Position numbers and translations under genes: made by a program
Source of the DNA: Rhodospirillaceae bacterium
Lineage (GTDB): Bacteria; Pseudomonadota; Alphaproteobacteria; Rhodospirillales; Rhodospirillaceae
DNA length: 64,000 nt
Assembly (NCBI GenBank): GCA_050246995.1
Contig: JBFWVA010000005.1
Span: 44,990-108,989, forward strand
Direction: 5' to 3'
In this document: positions 37,214-47,306 of the stretch, one piece after another
How the letters are laid out: every line of letters begins with the position of its first letter
Numbering within the stretch: the stretch's first letter is position 1
Notes under the pieces: generated by a model
Databases searched by the model: none
Seen by the model: only the letters and a program-made list of their open reading frames with translations
What the model was told of the DNA's origin: nothing

Positions 37214-38644
37214 ATGGGCAGGGTATTCAAAACGACATTATCGATCATAGGCGCGCTGACCGTTTCGACGGCGGCGCATGTCCCCCTCGCGTCGGCGCAG
37301 GAGTACTACGATCCTCCCGCCACCACGCAAGATGAGCGCCTGTCCCCGCGCGAGCTGGACTCGCTGCTGGCGCCGATCGCGCTCTATCCCGATCAACTTC
37401 TGGCTCCCCTGTTGATGGCGGCGACCTATCCGCACGACGTCGAAGCGGCGGCAAACTGGGCTTCGCGCCCGGTGAATGCGTCGCTGCGCGGTGACGGACT
37501 GGCCTTCGCTATCGAACCCTTCGAATGGGATCCCAGCGTCAAAACACTGGCGCAGTTCCCTGATGTGCTGCGCATGCTCAACGGTGAGTGGGACTGGATG
37601 GTCCGCGTCGGCAATGCGTTCTACCTGCAAGAATCTGATGTAATGGATTCCGTGCAGCGCCTGCGCCATCAGGCTTATGCGATGGGCACGCTGCGCTCGA
37701 GCGACCTGCAACGCGTACGCTTCGAAGGCGGTGCGGTGATCATCGACATGATCGATCCGGGGAGTGTCTATATTCCGACCTATGATCCGGTGCGGGTCTA
37801 TGGCTATTGGTCCTATCCGGACTTTCCGCCGTATTATTTCCGCCGCCCGGTGACCGTGACGCGTTACGTGGTCGTGCCGACCCTATGGGGCTGGTCTTCT
37901 TGGGAATGGCACAATCACCGCATCCGGGTCGACCGCCCGCGCTACAGCTACTTTCACCGTTCGAACCCGTGGCGCTTCAACGACAACACATGGCGCCATG
38001 ACCCCCGCCGCGGCCGCGATGTGAATTTCCGCCGCGATGAGCGGCGTGGCGATTGGGGGAGCAACGAACGGCGCGACGGCGACCGCCGCGACAACGGCCG
38101 TGGTGAATGGAATAGAGGGGATCGCAATGACGGTCCGCGCGACGACAGCCGCCGCGATGGACGACGGGACGAACAGCGCGCCAACGTGGCGCCGTCTGCT
38201 CCGGTGCCGCCGCCGAATTCCTTCCGCGGCGACCCGGGTGAACGGCAGCGGCCGTTCGAGCAGGGTCGCCGCAATGAGTTCCGCGAACGTGGCAATGACG
38301 GCAATCGTCCGCGCTTCAATGGTGGCGGCGAAGTCCGGCAGTTCCAGCCGCGCGAGCGGCAAGCCTATGCCGGCCCGCAGTTGACGCCGCCGGCGCCCGT
38401 CGCTCCAATCGCGCCTATGCCGCCCCAGGCGAACCGCGAAGACCGCGGTCGCGGCTTCCGCGGTGGTCAGGATGAAGGGCGTCGGCAGTTTGGTGGAAGT
38501 CCGGGTGGGGAGGAGCGCGTGCGGAACCGTCCGGAAGGCGGCGGAGATATTGGACGCCAGTTGCGCCGGAATGGCCGCGGCGTGGGCGGTGATGGCGACG
38601 GCAACCCTCCGGGGAAAGGCCGTGGCCGCCGGGACCGGGATTAA
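37214..38644 (+). CDS. DUF3300 domain protein with long Arg/Asp/Gly-rich C-terminal tail
   Basis: Signal peptide ends PLASAQE. LDSLLAPIALYPDQLLAPLLMAATYP signature. The C-terminal ~230 aa are low-complexity R/D/G/N-rich. The ORF-track start at 37064 overlaps the previous gene and is unlikely. Confidence 0.8.
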   Translation: MGRVFKTTLSIIGALTVSTAAHVPLASAQEYYDPPATTQDERLSPRELDSLLAPIALYPDQLLAPLLMAATYPHDVEAAANWASRPVNASLRGDGLAFAIEPFEWDPSVKTLAQFPDVLRMLNGEWDWMVRVGNAFYLQESDVMDSVQRLRHQAYAMGTLRSSDLQRVRFEGGAVIIDMIDPGSVYIPTYDPVRVYGYWSYPDFPPYYFRRPVTVTRYVVVPTLWGWSSWEWHNHRIRVDRPRYSYFHRSNPWRFNDNTWRHDPRRGRDVNFRRDERRGDWGSNERRDGDRRDNGRGEWNRGDRNDGPRDDSRRDGRRDEQRANVAPSAPVPPPNSFRGDPGERQRPFEQGRRNEFRERGNDGNRPRFNGGGEVRQFQPRERQAYAGPQLTPPAPVAPIAPMPPQANREDRGRGFRGGQDEGRRQFGGSPGGEERVRNRPEGGGDIGRQLRRNGRGVGGDGDGNPPGKGRGRRDRD

Positions 38645-38653
38645 AGAGTTTCG

Positions 38654-39349
38654 CTACTTATCCACGTTGACGGCGCCGCCTCGATAGGCGGGAACCCCGG
38701 TCCGGGGATCGATGGCCAAGCGCCCTATAAATTTCGGCGGCGGATCGCGAAAACCCCGAATGCGCCAGTCGTACTGGGTGAAGCCTGGGGTCCGCGAAGC
38801 GCGGACGAAGGTGGCGTTATGCTCCAGGACCTCGACGTCGGTAACGATGCGCAGGAGCCCCTGGGATGAGAGGCCAATCTCCTCGAACCGTTCGGCGTAA
38901 AGCTGGCCCTGGCCGGACCCATTGACCTGGATCAGCCCATCCTCGGTGGTGCGGATGCGGAAGATGGCTTGGTTACGTGTCGCGAAGTTCACCATCTGCA
39001 TGGCGCCGCCAAAACGGCCTTCGCGCTCGAACCGGATCTGATAGCGGCCTTTGCCTAGCGGCGTGACCTCCTTGAAGGCGCTGTCGCGCTTGAGCTGCTC
39101 CTGAATCATCTTGTCGTTCGCGGCGGCCTTCTCGGGGTCGATTTGGCCGCGTGCGATTTGGCCGTAGAGAGGGGCATAGGTGAGTTGACCCAGAAAGGTC
39201 ACGCCGTATCCGCCGTCCCTGGTCAGGCGGATTTCGGTCTCATAGCGGTCCGGAATGTAGCAGCTGGCGAGCAAGGCGAGGGCAACGCCCACCGTCGCGG
39301 CGGCACGCGCGCATCGTCCCAACGTCCGGCTCATCACCCCGGTTTTCAA
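38654..39349 (-). CDS. Hypothetical lipoprotein
   Basis: Signal peptide with lipobox LLASC. No domain recognised. Confidence 0.6.
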   Translation of the reverse strand: MKTGVMSRTLGRCARAAATVGVALALLASCYIPDRYETEIRLTRDGGYGVTFLGQLTYAPLYGQIARGQIDPEKAAANDKMIQEQLKRDSAFKEVTPLGKGRYQIRFEREGRFGGAMQMVNFATRNQAIFRIRTTEDGLIQVNGSGQGQLYAERFEEIGLSSQGLLRIVTDVEVLEHNATFVRASRTPGFTQYDWRIRGFRDPPPKFIGRLAIDPRTGVPAYRGGAVNVDK

Positions 39350-39415
39350 GCTCCAGCCCCTTCGTCTCTACGCTATTATTTATAAACGCTTAGCGAATTA
39401 TCTGAATCTAAATTA

Positions 39416-40285
39416 TTAGGTGTTTGCGCGTTCTTCGTGCTTTGCTTTGACCCAGAGATCTTCCATCTCCTCAAGGCTTGCCTGGTCGGGTGATTTCCCA
39501 GCCGCAAGCAGCAGGGCTTCGACCCGCCGGAAGCGGCGCTCGAACTTCAAATTGGTGCCCCGGAGCGCCATCCCGGGGTCGATCCCCGACTTACGGGCAA
39601 GGTTCACGCAGGCAAAAAGCAGATCGCCGATCTCGTCCGTGAGGCGCGCTGAGCTGTGTGCGGCGCCCTCGGCCTCGCATTCCGCCCGGACCTCGTCCAA
39701 CTCCTCCTGGATCTTTCCCAAGATGTCCTTGGCCTCCGTCCAGTCGAAGCCGACCCGGGCGGCACGCTTTTGGAGTTTCTCGGCCTGCTTCAGGGCGGGC
39801 AAGCCGGCCGGAAGGCCGTCCAACACGCTTGGCGGTGTGCCAGGCTCGCCGGCGGCCGCTCGCTCTGCCGCCTTCATATTCTCCCAGGCTTCGGTCTGAG
39901 CGGCCACATTCTCGAATTTCGCCGCACCAAACACATGCGGGTGCCGACGGATCATCTTGTCGCTGATGGCGCCGACCACGTCCGGGAATGCGAATAATCC
40001 GGCTTCCTCCGCCATCCGGGCGTGAAACACGACTTGGAACAGGAGATCTCCAAGCTCGTCCTTCAGCGCGGGCATATTGCGACGCGCAATCGCATCGGCG
40101 ACCTCATAGGCTTCCTCGATCGTGTAGGGCGCGATGGTGGCGAAGGTCTGCTCAATATCCCACGGGCAACCGCCGTTTGGGTCGCGCAGGCGGGCCATGA
40201 TATCGAGCAGGTCTTGAATGCTTTGGTCTGGCGAGGCTTGCGGGCGAGGGGGCGCTTTTGGCGCGGGCGACATAGGATGCGACAC
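39416..40285 (-). CDS. mazG: Nucleoside triphosphate pyrophosphohydrolase MazG
   Basis: CPWDIEQTF.TIAPYTIEEAYEVADAI, then a second EExxE repeat (ELDEVRAE...EIGDLLF). Confidence 0.9.
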   Translation of the reverse strand: MSHPMSPAPKAPPRPQASPDQSIQDLLDIMARLRDPNGGCPWDIEQTFATIAPYTIEEAYEVADAIARRNMPALKDELGDLLFQVVFHARMAEEAGLFAFPDVVGAISDKMIRRHPHVFGAAKFENVAAQTEAWENMKAAERAAAGEPGTPPSVLDGLPAGLPALKQAEKLQKRAARVGFDWTEAKDILGKIQEELDEVRAECEAEGAAHSSARLTDEIGDLLFACVNLARKSGIDPGMALRGTNLKFERRFRRVEALLLAAGKSPDQASLEEMEDLWVKAKHEERANT

Positions 40286-40336
40286 CGGTTCTAGATCGGA
40301 AGCCTCACCTTACGCTGACCGTTCTCGCCACGAAAG

Positions 40337-40690
40337 CTAACCTTTGCGTGCGACCAAACGTTGCCAGCGGGCCTTGGCGTTATGGAGGCCCAGTGCCTTT
40401 AAGCTCGCCGCAAAGGAGGTAGGAGCGCGCCGCGGCAGGCTCAGGGATAAGGGATAATGCTGCTCGGACGGCATCGGCGCCGGCGGTGAGAGGTCTCCCA
40501 GCGCATCCCACGCACGGGGCGTCGCACGGATGAGCAATAAGGTCGCGCCATCCCACACTTCGACACGATCATAGTCACCGGCGTTGATCGCACTCGCGGC
40601 AGCTTCGATCGCGCGCTCGCCGTCATCTGCGGCAATATCGATGGTTGTGTTTCCGCTCGCATACCTGAAAACACAGCGATAGCTCTTCAT
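40337..40690 (-). CDS. Hypothetical small protein
   Basis: ORF with an internal ATG at 40690. No domain recognised. Start and coding status uncertain. Confidence 0.35.
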   Translation of the reverse strand: MKSYRCVFRYASGNTTIDIAADDGERAIEAAASAINAGDYDRVEVWDGATLLLIRATPRAWDALGDLSPPAPMPSEQHYPLSLSLPRRAPTSFAASLKALGLHNAKARWQRLVARKG

Positions 40691-41111
40691 CTGAGACCCC
40701 CGCAGCGTTTGCATGGACCGAAACTCTACGCCGCACGAAACCTCGTGCAAGAGCCGACCAAAATAAACGACCGCTTTGCAACTCACGTTGCACATGGACG
40801 CGAAATTCGGGGCCGATAATTGCGCCGAGGCTCCGTAGGCGTTGAGTGATTTGGCGCAGGTGCCGCGTCAGGTTGTCAGGGTCAACCGTGGAAGGGGCGC
40901 GTTAGGGAGCGAGTCCCAAAATGGCACGCCGAAAGCACTTAGTTGGAGGCGGCCCGTGGGCCGATCGCCGCCGCGCAGCGTTAGGCGCGGTCCGTTCACA
41001 AGACGCCCGTTTCGTGGGAACCAAGCCCGGGTTAAGTACGTTTCCACTAAGAGGAGAGCATTTTGGCTGAACACCGGAGCGATCGCCCGGAGCGATCGCC
41101 GATCCCGTTAC

Positions 41112-41303
41112 TTGGAGCACGCCGACCTTTGCCGACGCGAAGCAGCGCGTTGCACGACCGAAAGTAAGCGCGATCAATATTTGAAGTTGGCGCTGGAGTG
41201 GGAGGCGCTAGCCCGAGAAATTCCCGCCGGAACGAAGCGCCGGGTGCCCGATAGCGGTGTCGGACATGGGGACGTAATTCGCCCGGATTTTCGTCGCGGT
41301 TAG
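41112..41303 (+). CDS. Hypothetical small helical protein (start uncertain)
   Basis: The C-terminal part of ORF 40842-41303 reads ...YLEHADLCRREAARCTTESKRDQYLKLALEWEALAREI. This resembles a motif I recall from small orphan proteins of Hyphomicrobiales. Possible starts are CTG 41067 or TTG 41112. Confidence 0.3.
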   Translation: MEHADLCRREAARCTTESKRDQYLKLALEWEALAREIPAGTKRRVPDSGVGHGDVIRPDFRRG

Positions 41304-41552
41304 ATGTCTGGCACCACCGGCGCGCGGAGCCATAATTGTCGCATAATGTATATTATGATAAATAATGGGCTAGGAAAAACATATGTATTTCAGTTATTTA
41401 TGCGTTTTGACGTAATGCGGTTCTCTTGAAACCCGCAGCATCGTTCCACGGCGGTTGTTTCAAGTGGGTTCCAAATCAAGCCCGGGAGACTCAGCCCGTG
41501 CTTTATTAAGGACGCGCCGCCACCCGACTCTCATCGACCCAGCACTCCAATC

Positions 41553-42323
41553 TCAAACGTCGATCGTCATTCCGTCATGGGCCGGCACAACATGGTTGGG
41601 CAGCCCGGCCTTCAAGGCCTCATAGTCAATCGCGTTACTCATGTGGGTAATGATGGCCTGTTCCGGCTTCAGCTCCGTAATCCAGTCCAGGACTTTGGCG
41701 ACATGGGCATGGGTCGGGTGCGGCGCCAGCCCAAAGGCGCCCACAATCCAAAGCTTGGCCCCGCGGACAACCTCCCGGGCAACTTCGGGAAGTTCGAGGA
41801 TGTCGGTCGAATAGACGACGTCGCCAAACCGGTAACCGACCGTAGTGCTGTGTCCGTGATCTTGAAGGAACGGCAGAACAGTCATTCGGCCGACCTGGAA
41901 CGGCGTTCCCGGCTCGATCGCGTTTGGCACCAGCCACGGCCGGAATATCGAGGCGCCCGGCGGGATGCCCTTAAAGACGTAGCCAAACCGGGCTTCAAGG
42001 ATCTCGAGGGTTTCGCGGACGCCATAAGCCGCCAGCGGCTTTTCGGTGACCCGGTTCACTTCACGCAGTTCATCGATCCCGTGGATATGATCCGCATGGC
42101 CATGAGTAAAGAGCACGGCATCGAATGTGCGTGTTTCGGCGTCTAAAAGTTGCTGGCGCAAATCCGGCGAGGCATCGACGAGAAGGCGTGTAGCCCCCTC
42201 CTCCACCAAAATCGACGCGCGCCGACGCCGATTGCGCGGGTTGGTTGGATCGCAGTCGCCCCAGCCCGATGAGATCGCCGGAACGCCGGGCGCAGATCCG
42301 CAGCCGAGGATAGTGACTTTCAT
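41553..42323 (-). CDS. MBL-fold metallo-hydrolase
   Basis: MKVTILGCGSAPGVP start preceded by AGGAG. THGHADH motif. Conserved position downstream of metG-tatD. Confidence 0.85.
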   Translation of the reverse strand: MKVTILGCGSAPGVPAISSGWGDCDPTNPRNRRRRASILVEEGATRLLVDASPDLRQQLLDAETRTFDAVLFTHGHADHIHGIDELREVNRVTEKPLAAYGVRETLEILEARFGYVFKGIPPGASIFRPWLVPNAIEPGTPFQVGRMTVLPFLQDHGHSTTVGYRFGDVVYSTDILELPEVAREVVRGAKLWIVGAFGLAPHPTHAHVAKVLDWITELKPEQAIITHMSNAIDYEALKAGLPNHVVPAHDGMTIDV

Positions 42324-42539
42324 GGCGCACATGCTCCTGAAGCCTAGGACGTGTACGTTCGAAAGACCAGTCGCCCAGGGCAGCTTCAATGACGACGGCA
42401 TCAAGGAAGAAAAACGCGCGCACCAGAATTTCAACCTGGTGCCGTAGAGTGCGATCCGCGAAGGCCTGCAACTGTCGGCGCCCGCGGCTCCGGCCGAATC
42501 CGTCCCAGTGGAAGCCGCGCCGGAAACGGCGAAGCCGAA

Positions 42540-43331
42540 TTAAGCGGGTTTTGCTTTTGAGAACAGACGGAAGAAGTTTTCCGTCGTTTGCCGTGCGAGT
42601 TCGTCGCGGGAGATTCCTTTGATCTCCGCGACGGCCGCGGCGGTGTGCGCCACATAGGCCGGCTCGTTTGTCTTGCCGCGAAACGGCACGGGCGCGAGAT
42701 ACGGGCTATCCGTCTCGACCAGAATGCGGTCCATCGGCACGATCCTCACGACCTCGCGCAAAGCTTCGGCTTTTTTGAATGTCACGATGCCCGACAGCGA
42801 GACGTAAAATCCGAGCGCAAGGCACTGTTCGGCGAGTTCCCGGCCAGAGCTGAAGCAATGGATGACGCCGGTAAAGGCCCCCTTCCCGATCTCCTCTGTC
42901 AGGATCGCGCCGGTTTCCGTATCGGCGTCGCGGGTGTGAACGATCACGGGTAGCTTGTTCTCGCGCGCGGCGGCGATATGCGTGCGAAAGCTGCGTTCCT
43001 GCTCAAGGCGCGGGCTGTGTTCATAATAGAAATCAAGGCCGGTCTCGCCGAAGGCGACGACTTTCGGATGCCGCGCGAATTCCGTCAGCTTCTCGACGTC
43101 CATTTCCGGCTCAACGGCGGCTTCGTGCGGATGAATGCCGACGGAACAGGATACATTGCCGAACCGCTCCGCCATGGCGAGTACGCCCGGGAACGCCGTG
43201 ATCTTGGTGCCGATCGTCAGCATATGGCCAACACCGGCATCGCGCGCGCGGGCGATAACGCCGTCGGCGTCACCCGAGAGTTCGGGGAAGTCGAGGTGGC
43301 AATGGCTATCGACGAGTAGCGCTTGGCTCAT
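42540..43331 (-). CDS. tatD: TatD family metal-dependent hydrolase
   Basis: MSQALLVDSHCHLDF start forms an ATGA overlap with the metG stop. HTRDA and ETDSPYL motifs. The longer ORF-track start lies inside metG. Confidence 0.9.
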   Translation of the reverse strand: MSQALLVDSHCHLDFPELSGDADGVIARARDAGVGHMLTIGTKITAFPGVLAMAERFGNVSCSVGIHPHEAAVEPEMDVEKLTEFARHPKVVAFGETGLDFYYEHSPRLEQERSFRTHIAAARENKLPVIVHTRDADTETGAILTEEIGKGAFTGVIHCFSSGRELAEQCLALGFYVSLSGIVTFKKAEALREVVRIVPMDRILVETDSPYLAPVPFRGKTNEPAYVAHTAAAVAEIKGISRDELARQTTENFFRLFSKAKPA

Positions 43332-44893
43332 TTCGCCGCCTCGCCCGGAGGCGCAAAGCGCGGGAAGACGCCTTGCGGGGCCGGCAGCGGCGTGCCGCCC
43401 TTGAGCGCGTGTGCTTCCCCAAGGAAAGCAAAGCTGCGCTGATCTTCGGGCACCGCGAGCTGATCCAGCAACTTGGCGACCGCGGAGGGAACGAAAGGCT
43501 GCATCAGAATCGCAAGATGACGGGTGGCTTCCGCAAGCACATAGAGGACGGTGTTCATGCGCGCGGGATCGGTCTTGCGTAGCGCCCACGGCGCCTGCTT
43601 GTCCACATACACGTTGGCGGCGCGCACGACCAACCAAACGGCATCGAGCACACCGTTGAAGGACTGCTGATTGATGGCGTCGCGGCACTGGTCGAGCAGG
43701 CGGTGGCACGCTTCCAGAAGCGCATTGTCGTCTTCGTTCAACGGACCCGGTTCGGGCAGCACGCCGCCCAGGTTCTTGGCGATGAACGAAAGAAAACGCT
43801 GGGCCAGGTTGCCGAATTCGTTGGCAAGCTCTCCGTTGATGCGTTGGCCAATGGCAGATTCGCTAAAATCGCCGTCGTTGCCGAACGGTACCTCGCGCAG
43901 CAGGAAGTAGCGCAACTGATCGAGGCCGTACTTTTCGACGAGCATGTGCGGATCGATGGCGTTGCCGAGGGACTTCGACATCTTCTGTCCCTCGATCGTC
44001 CACCATCCGTGCGCGAACACGCGCTTTGGCACGGGCAAGCCGGCGCCCATCAGGAATGCGGGCCAATATACACAGTGGAATCGGATGATGTCCTTGCCGA
44101 CCATGTGCAGGGATTCCGGCCAAAACACCTTCATGTCTTCGGTCGCCTGTGGATGGCCGAGACCTGTGATGTAGTTGGTCAAGGCGTCGATCCACACGTA
44201 CATGATGTGGCGGTCGTTGCCTGGGACGGGGATGCCCCACGAAAAGGTCGTCCGTGAAACGGAAAGGTCGCGAAGGCCACCGGCGACGAAGCTGCGTACT
44301 TCATTGAGACGGCTCTTGGGCGCGATGAAATCCGGATTTGAGTCGTAGAGCTCCAGCAGCTTGTCCTGCCACTTCGACAAATCGAAGAAATAGCTTTCTT
44401 CCTCGACCCATTCGACGGGCGCGCCGGTCGGCGCAAGCTTGCCGTTGGGTCCTTCCGTCAGTTCGCTTTCATCGAAAAACGCTTCGTCCCGGACGCTGTA
44501 CCAACCGGCATACTTGTCGAGATAGATATGGCCGTTCTCTTCGAGTTTCCGCCATAGCGCTTGGCACGACTCAACGTGGCGCTGTTCGGTCGTACGGATG
44601 AAATCGTCATTGGTCGCGCCGAGAGTCTTGGCGAGTTCGCGGAAATAGAGCGAGTTCTGATCGCAGATCGCGATCGGAGGAACGCCCTTGTCCGCCGCCG
44701 CCTTGGCAACCTTTTGCCCGTGTTCGTCAGTGCCGGTCAGAAATTTGACGCGAAACCCGTCGAGCCGCTTGAAACGCGCCATGACATCGCACGCGATCGT
44801 CGTGTACGCGTGGCCGATGTGCGGCTTGTCGTTCACGTAATAGATCGGCGTGGTGATGTAGAACGCCGGCTGCGGGACGGGCTTAATGGACAA
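43328..44893 (-). CDS. metG: Methionine--tRNA ligase
   Basis: ITTPIYYVNDKPHIGHAYT (HIGH) and KMSKSLGN (KMSKS). Confidence 0.95.
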   Translation of the reverse strand: MSIKPVPQPAFYITTPIYYVNDKPHIGHAYTTIACDVMARFKRLDGFRVKFLTGTDEHGQKVAKAAADKGVPPIAICDQNSLYFRELAKTLGATNDDFIRTTEQRHVESCQALWRKLEENGHIYLDKYAGWYSVRDEAFFDESELTEGPNGKLAPTGAPVEWVEEESYFFDLSKWQDKLLELYDSNPDFIAPKSRLNEVRSFVAGGLRDLSVSRTTFSWGIPVPGNDRHIMYVWIDALTNYITGLGHPQATEDMKVFWPESLHMVGKDIIRFHCVYWPAFLMGAGLPVPKRVFAHGWWTIEGQKMSKSLGNAIDPHMLVEKYGLDQLRYFLLREVPFGNDGDFSESAIGQRINGELANEFGNLAQRFLSFIAKNLGGVLPEPGPLNEDDNALLEACHRLLDQCRDAINQQSFNGVLDAVWLVVRAANVYVDKQAPWALRKTDPARMNTVLYVLAEATRHLAILMQPFVPSAVAKLLDQLAVPEDQRSFAFLGEAHALKGGTPLPAPQGVFPRFAPPGEAAK

Positions 44894-44987
44894 GGTTCAA
44901 GGCTCCGAAATGAGAGCCTTCATATAGTCGTTTACGCGCCGTGGGGAAAGCCCACGGCGCGTAAGGCAAGCCAGCAAAGAGCTGGAT

Positions 44988-45503
44988 TTATTGGATTTCG
45001 AGCAACTGGATTTCGAACAGAAGGGTCGAGTTCGGCGGGATCGGGCCGGCGGCGCGGTCGCCATAACCCAGATTGGCCGGGATCGCGAATTCCCACGTTT
45101 CGCCTTTGCGCATCATGGGCACGGCTTCCTGCCACCCCGGGATGACCGCGTTGAGCGGGAAGGTGATCGGTTCGCCGCCCTTCGAGCTGTCGAACACCTG
45201 ACCGTTGGTCAGCTTGCCTTCGTAGTGGACGGTAACGGTCGAGCTCGCGGTCGGTTGAGCGGCGCCTTCGGCGGCGCGCTGTTCCGGGCCTTTGAACTGA
45301 AGGCCGGTCGCGGTTTGACCCCAACCGGGATTCTTGAGGTTTTCTGCCAGGAATGGATCTTGAGCGGGCGCCACGGTTGCACTTTCTTGAGCTGGGGTTT
45401 CGGTCTGAGTCTCAGGGGTGGAGGCTTCTTCGGCCGGTTTTTTGTCGCAGGATGCGAGCGCAAACGCGCCCACCATCAGGGCCGCAACTGCGATCTTCTT
45501 CAT
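44988..45503 (-). CDS. FKBP-type peptidyl-prolyl cis-trans isomerase lipoprotein
   Basis: MKKIAVAALMVGAFALASC lipobox after AAGGAG. VTVHYEGKLTNGQVFDSS...IPGWQEA...LLFEIQLLEI. Confidence 0.9.
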   Translation of the reverse strand: MKKIAVAALMVGAFALASCDKKPAEEASTPETQTETPAQESATVAPAQDPFLAENLKNPGWGQTATGLQFKGPEQRAAEGAAQPTASSTVTVHYEGKLTNGQVFDSSKGGEPITFPLNAVIPGWQEAVPMMRKGETWEFAIPANLGYGDRAAGPIPPNSTLLFEIQLLEIQ

Positions 45504-45534
45504 TATAGTTCTCCTTGGATGTAGAGCCGCCAGT

Positions 45535-46665
45535 TTACGCGGCGGCGGGAGCCTTGGCCACAGCCTGCTCGATGGACCAGAGCATGAGCATAAGACTGCG
45601 CTTCCTGTCCAGGTTGATCGCTTCAGTACGCCGCGCGAGGTGCCCGATCTTGTCCCAAACCTCGGCCCAGGCCGCAGGCGGCGCCGCCGCCAGCAAGCGA
45701 CGCGCGAGCGTGCGTTCGCCGGGTACAATCTCCGACATACTATCGATCATGCCGCGCGCGCCTGCCGCGACGATACGCGCGAGCCACCACCCCAAAAGGC
45801 CTGAAAGCGTCCGGAATGCATCTCCGCGCAAGGCCTGATCGCTGAGGCCGTGGAGTTTGCTGGCGTTGAGCTTCGGCACTTCGCCGAGAAGCGTCATGAG
45901 ATCGCGGAAAAGTTCAACACCGCCTTCTTCCGAAAGCTCTAACGCACGCCCGATGGACCCGTCACCGAGGACAGCCAATGCCGCCACATCTTTCGGCGCA
46001 ATGTCTGGGCTGTAGCGGTTGAGAAGGCTTGTCACTTGCTGCTCGCGTAATGGACGCAAGTCGAGCTTGCGGCAGCGCGAGCGGATCGTGGGCAAAAGGC
46101 GATCCGCGTTATGGGCAACCAGGAACAGGAGCGCGCGTTCAGGCGGCTCTTCGAGCACTTTTAGAACCGCGTTCGCCGCGTTCGGGTTCATTTCGTCGGC
46201 GGCATCGATGACGATGGCGCGCCAGCCGCCTTCCGACGGCGTCATGGATAAAAATCCGCCGATCTCGCGCACTTCGTCCACGCCGATCACGGTCTTACGC
46301 TTTGTCTGTTTGCTGTCGGACCAGGGGCGTTCGACGACACGAAAGTCCGCGTGCCCGAGCGACGCGACACGCCGAAACACAGGGTCTTCCGGAGACACGG
46401 CGAGCGAGGTCGGTTTGGGTGGCGCGCCGAACATGTCGTTCTCGGCAATGTTGCCGCCTTGGGCCAATGCGTAGCGCGCCATACGGTAAGCCATCGTGGC
46501 CTTCCCAATGCCGCGTGGACCCGCGAGCAACCATGCATGCGCAAGACGGCCGCTGTCCCACGCCGCGAGGAACTCGCGTTCGGCGTTCTCGTGGCCGATG
46601 AGGTAGGGATTGAGCCGCGGTTCCAGGAGCGTGGGCGGTTCTTCGGGCTTTCGCAAAGTCACCAT
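45535..46665 (-). CDS. holB: DNA polymerase III subunit delta'
   Basis: AHAWLLAGPRGIGKATMAY, ADEMN, TIRSRC motifs. Confidence 0.9.
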   Translation of the reverse strand: MVTLRKPEEPPTLLEPRLNPYLIGHENAEREFLAAWDSGRLAHAWLLAGPRGIGKATMAYRMARYALAQGGNIAENDMFGAPPKPTSLAVSPEDPVFRRVASLGHADFRVVERPWSDSKQTKRKTVIGVDEVREIGGFLSMTPSEGGWRAIVIDAADEMNPNAANAVLKVLEEPPERALLFLVAHNADRLLPTIRSRCRKLDLRPLREQQVTSLLNRYSPDIAPKDVAALAVLGDGSIGRALELSEEGGVELFRDLMTLLGEVPKLNASKLHGLSDQALRGDAFRTLSGLLGWWLARIVAAGARGMIDSMSEIVPGERTLARRLLAAAPPAAWAEVWDKIGHLARRTEAINLDRKRSLMLMLWSIEQAVAKAPAAA

Positions 46666-46667
46666 GA

Positions 46668-47300
46668 TCAGCGCTGACCGAGAAATGCCGTGACGGCGCT
46701 CATGATTGCGGCGTGGACGGTTTCAATACCGTTATCCGCATCGATGACGCGGCAGCGTGCGGGCTCGGCCGCGGCAATTTCCAGGAAGCCTTGGCGCAGC
46801 CGTTCGTGAAAAGCCACGGCCATGGATTCGTAGCGCGTCTCGGCGCCGCCGCGCACGTGCGCGCGCGCAAGACCTACGCCCGCGGGTAAGTCCAAAATCA
46901 AGGTGATGTCCGGCTTGAAGTCGCCGATAGCGACGTGTTGCAGTTCGCGCAGCGCGGCGATGTCCAGTCCGTGACCGTAACCTTGATAAGCGATCGTCGA
47001 ATCAAAGAAGCGGTCCGAAATGACGGTCTTGCCGGCGCCCAACGCGGGCCAGACGGTTTTGAGGAGATGGTCGCGCCGCGCGGCCGTATGCAACAACGCT
47101 TCGGTAAGTCCGTCCCACCGGTTGCTGGCGCCTTCGACGAGCAATTTGCGGATCGCTTCAGCTCCCGGCGCGCCGCCGGGTTCGCGTGTCAGAATTACGT
47201 CGTGTCCGCGCGCCGTAAGAACCTCGGCAAGCTTGCGCGCTTGGGTGGACTTGCCGCCCCCCTCGCCGCCTTCGAACGTAATGAAGATGCCCCCGGCCAC
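46668..47300 (-). CDS. tmk: dTMP kinase
   Basis: FITFEGGEGGGKSTQ, REPGG, and DRF.DST.AYQG. Confidence 0.95.
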   Translation of the reverse strand: MAGGIFITFEGGEGGGKSTQARKLAEVLTARGHDVILTREPGGAPGAEAIRKLLVEGASNRWDGLTEALLHTAARRDHLLKTVWPALGAGKTVISDRFFDSTIAYQGYGHGLDIAALRELQHVAIGDFKPDITLILDLPAGVGLARAHVRGGAETRYESMAVAFHERLRQGFLEIAAAEPARCRVIDADNGIETVHAAIMSAVTAFLGQR

Positions 47301-47306
47301 CGGGAT

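Noticed and set aside
40842-41111. N-terminal 90 codons of the 153-aa ORF 40842-41303
   Set aside because: This part is Arg/Pro/Gly-rich and lacks an in-frame ATG or GTG near the plausible helical C-terminal domain. Only the C-terminal ~63 codons are retained, at low confidence.
42540-43709. 389-aa version of the tatD ORF extending 378 nt into metG. There are similar N-terminal extensions at 37064, 41553-42434, 44988-45728, 53853 and 59391.
   Set aside because: The extensions overlap upstream genes, or a tRNA in the case of 59391. They are Arg/Pro-rich. Internal ATGs with an RBS or ATGA coupling give family-typical lengths.
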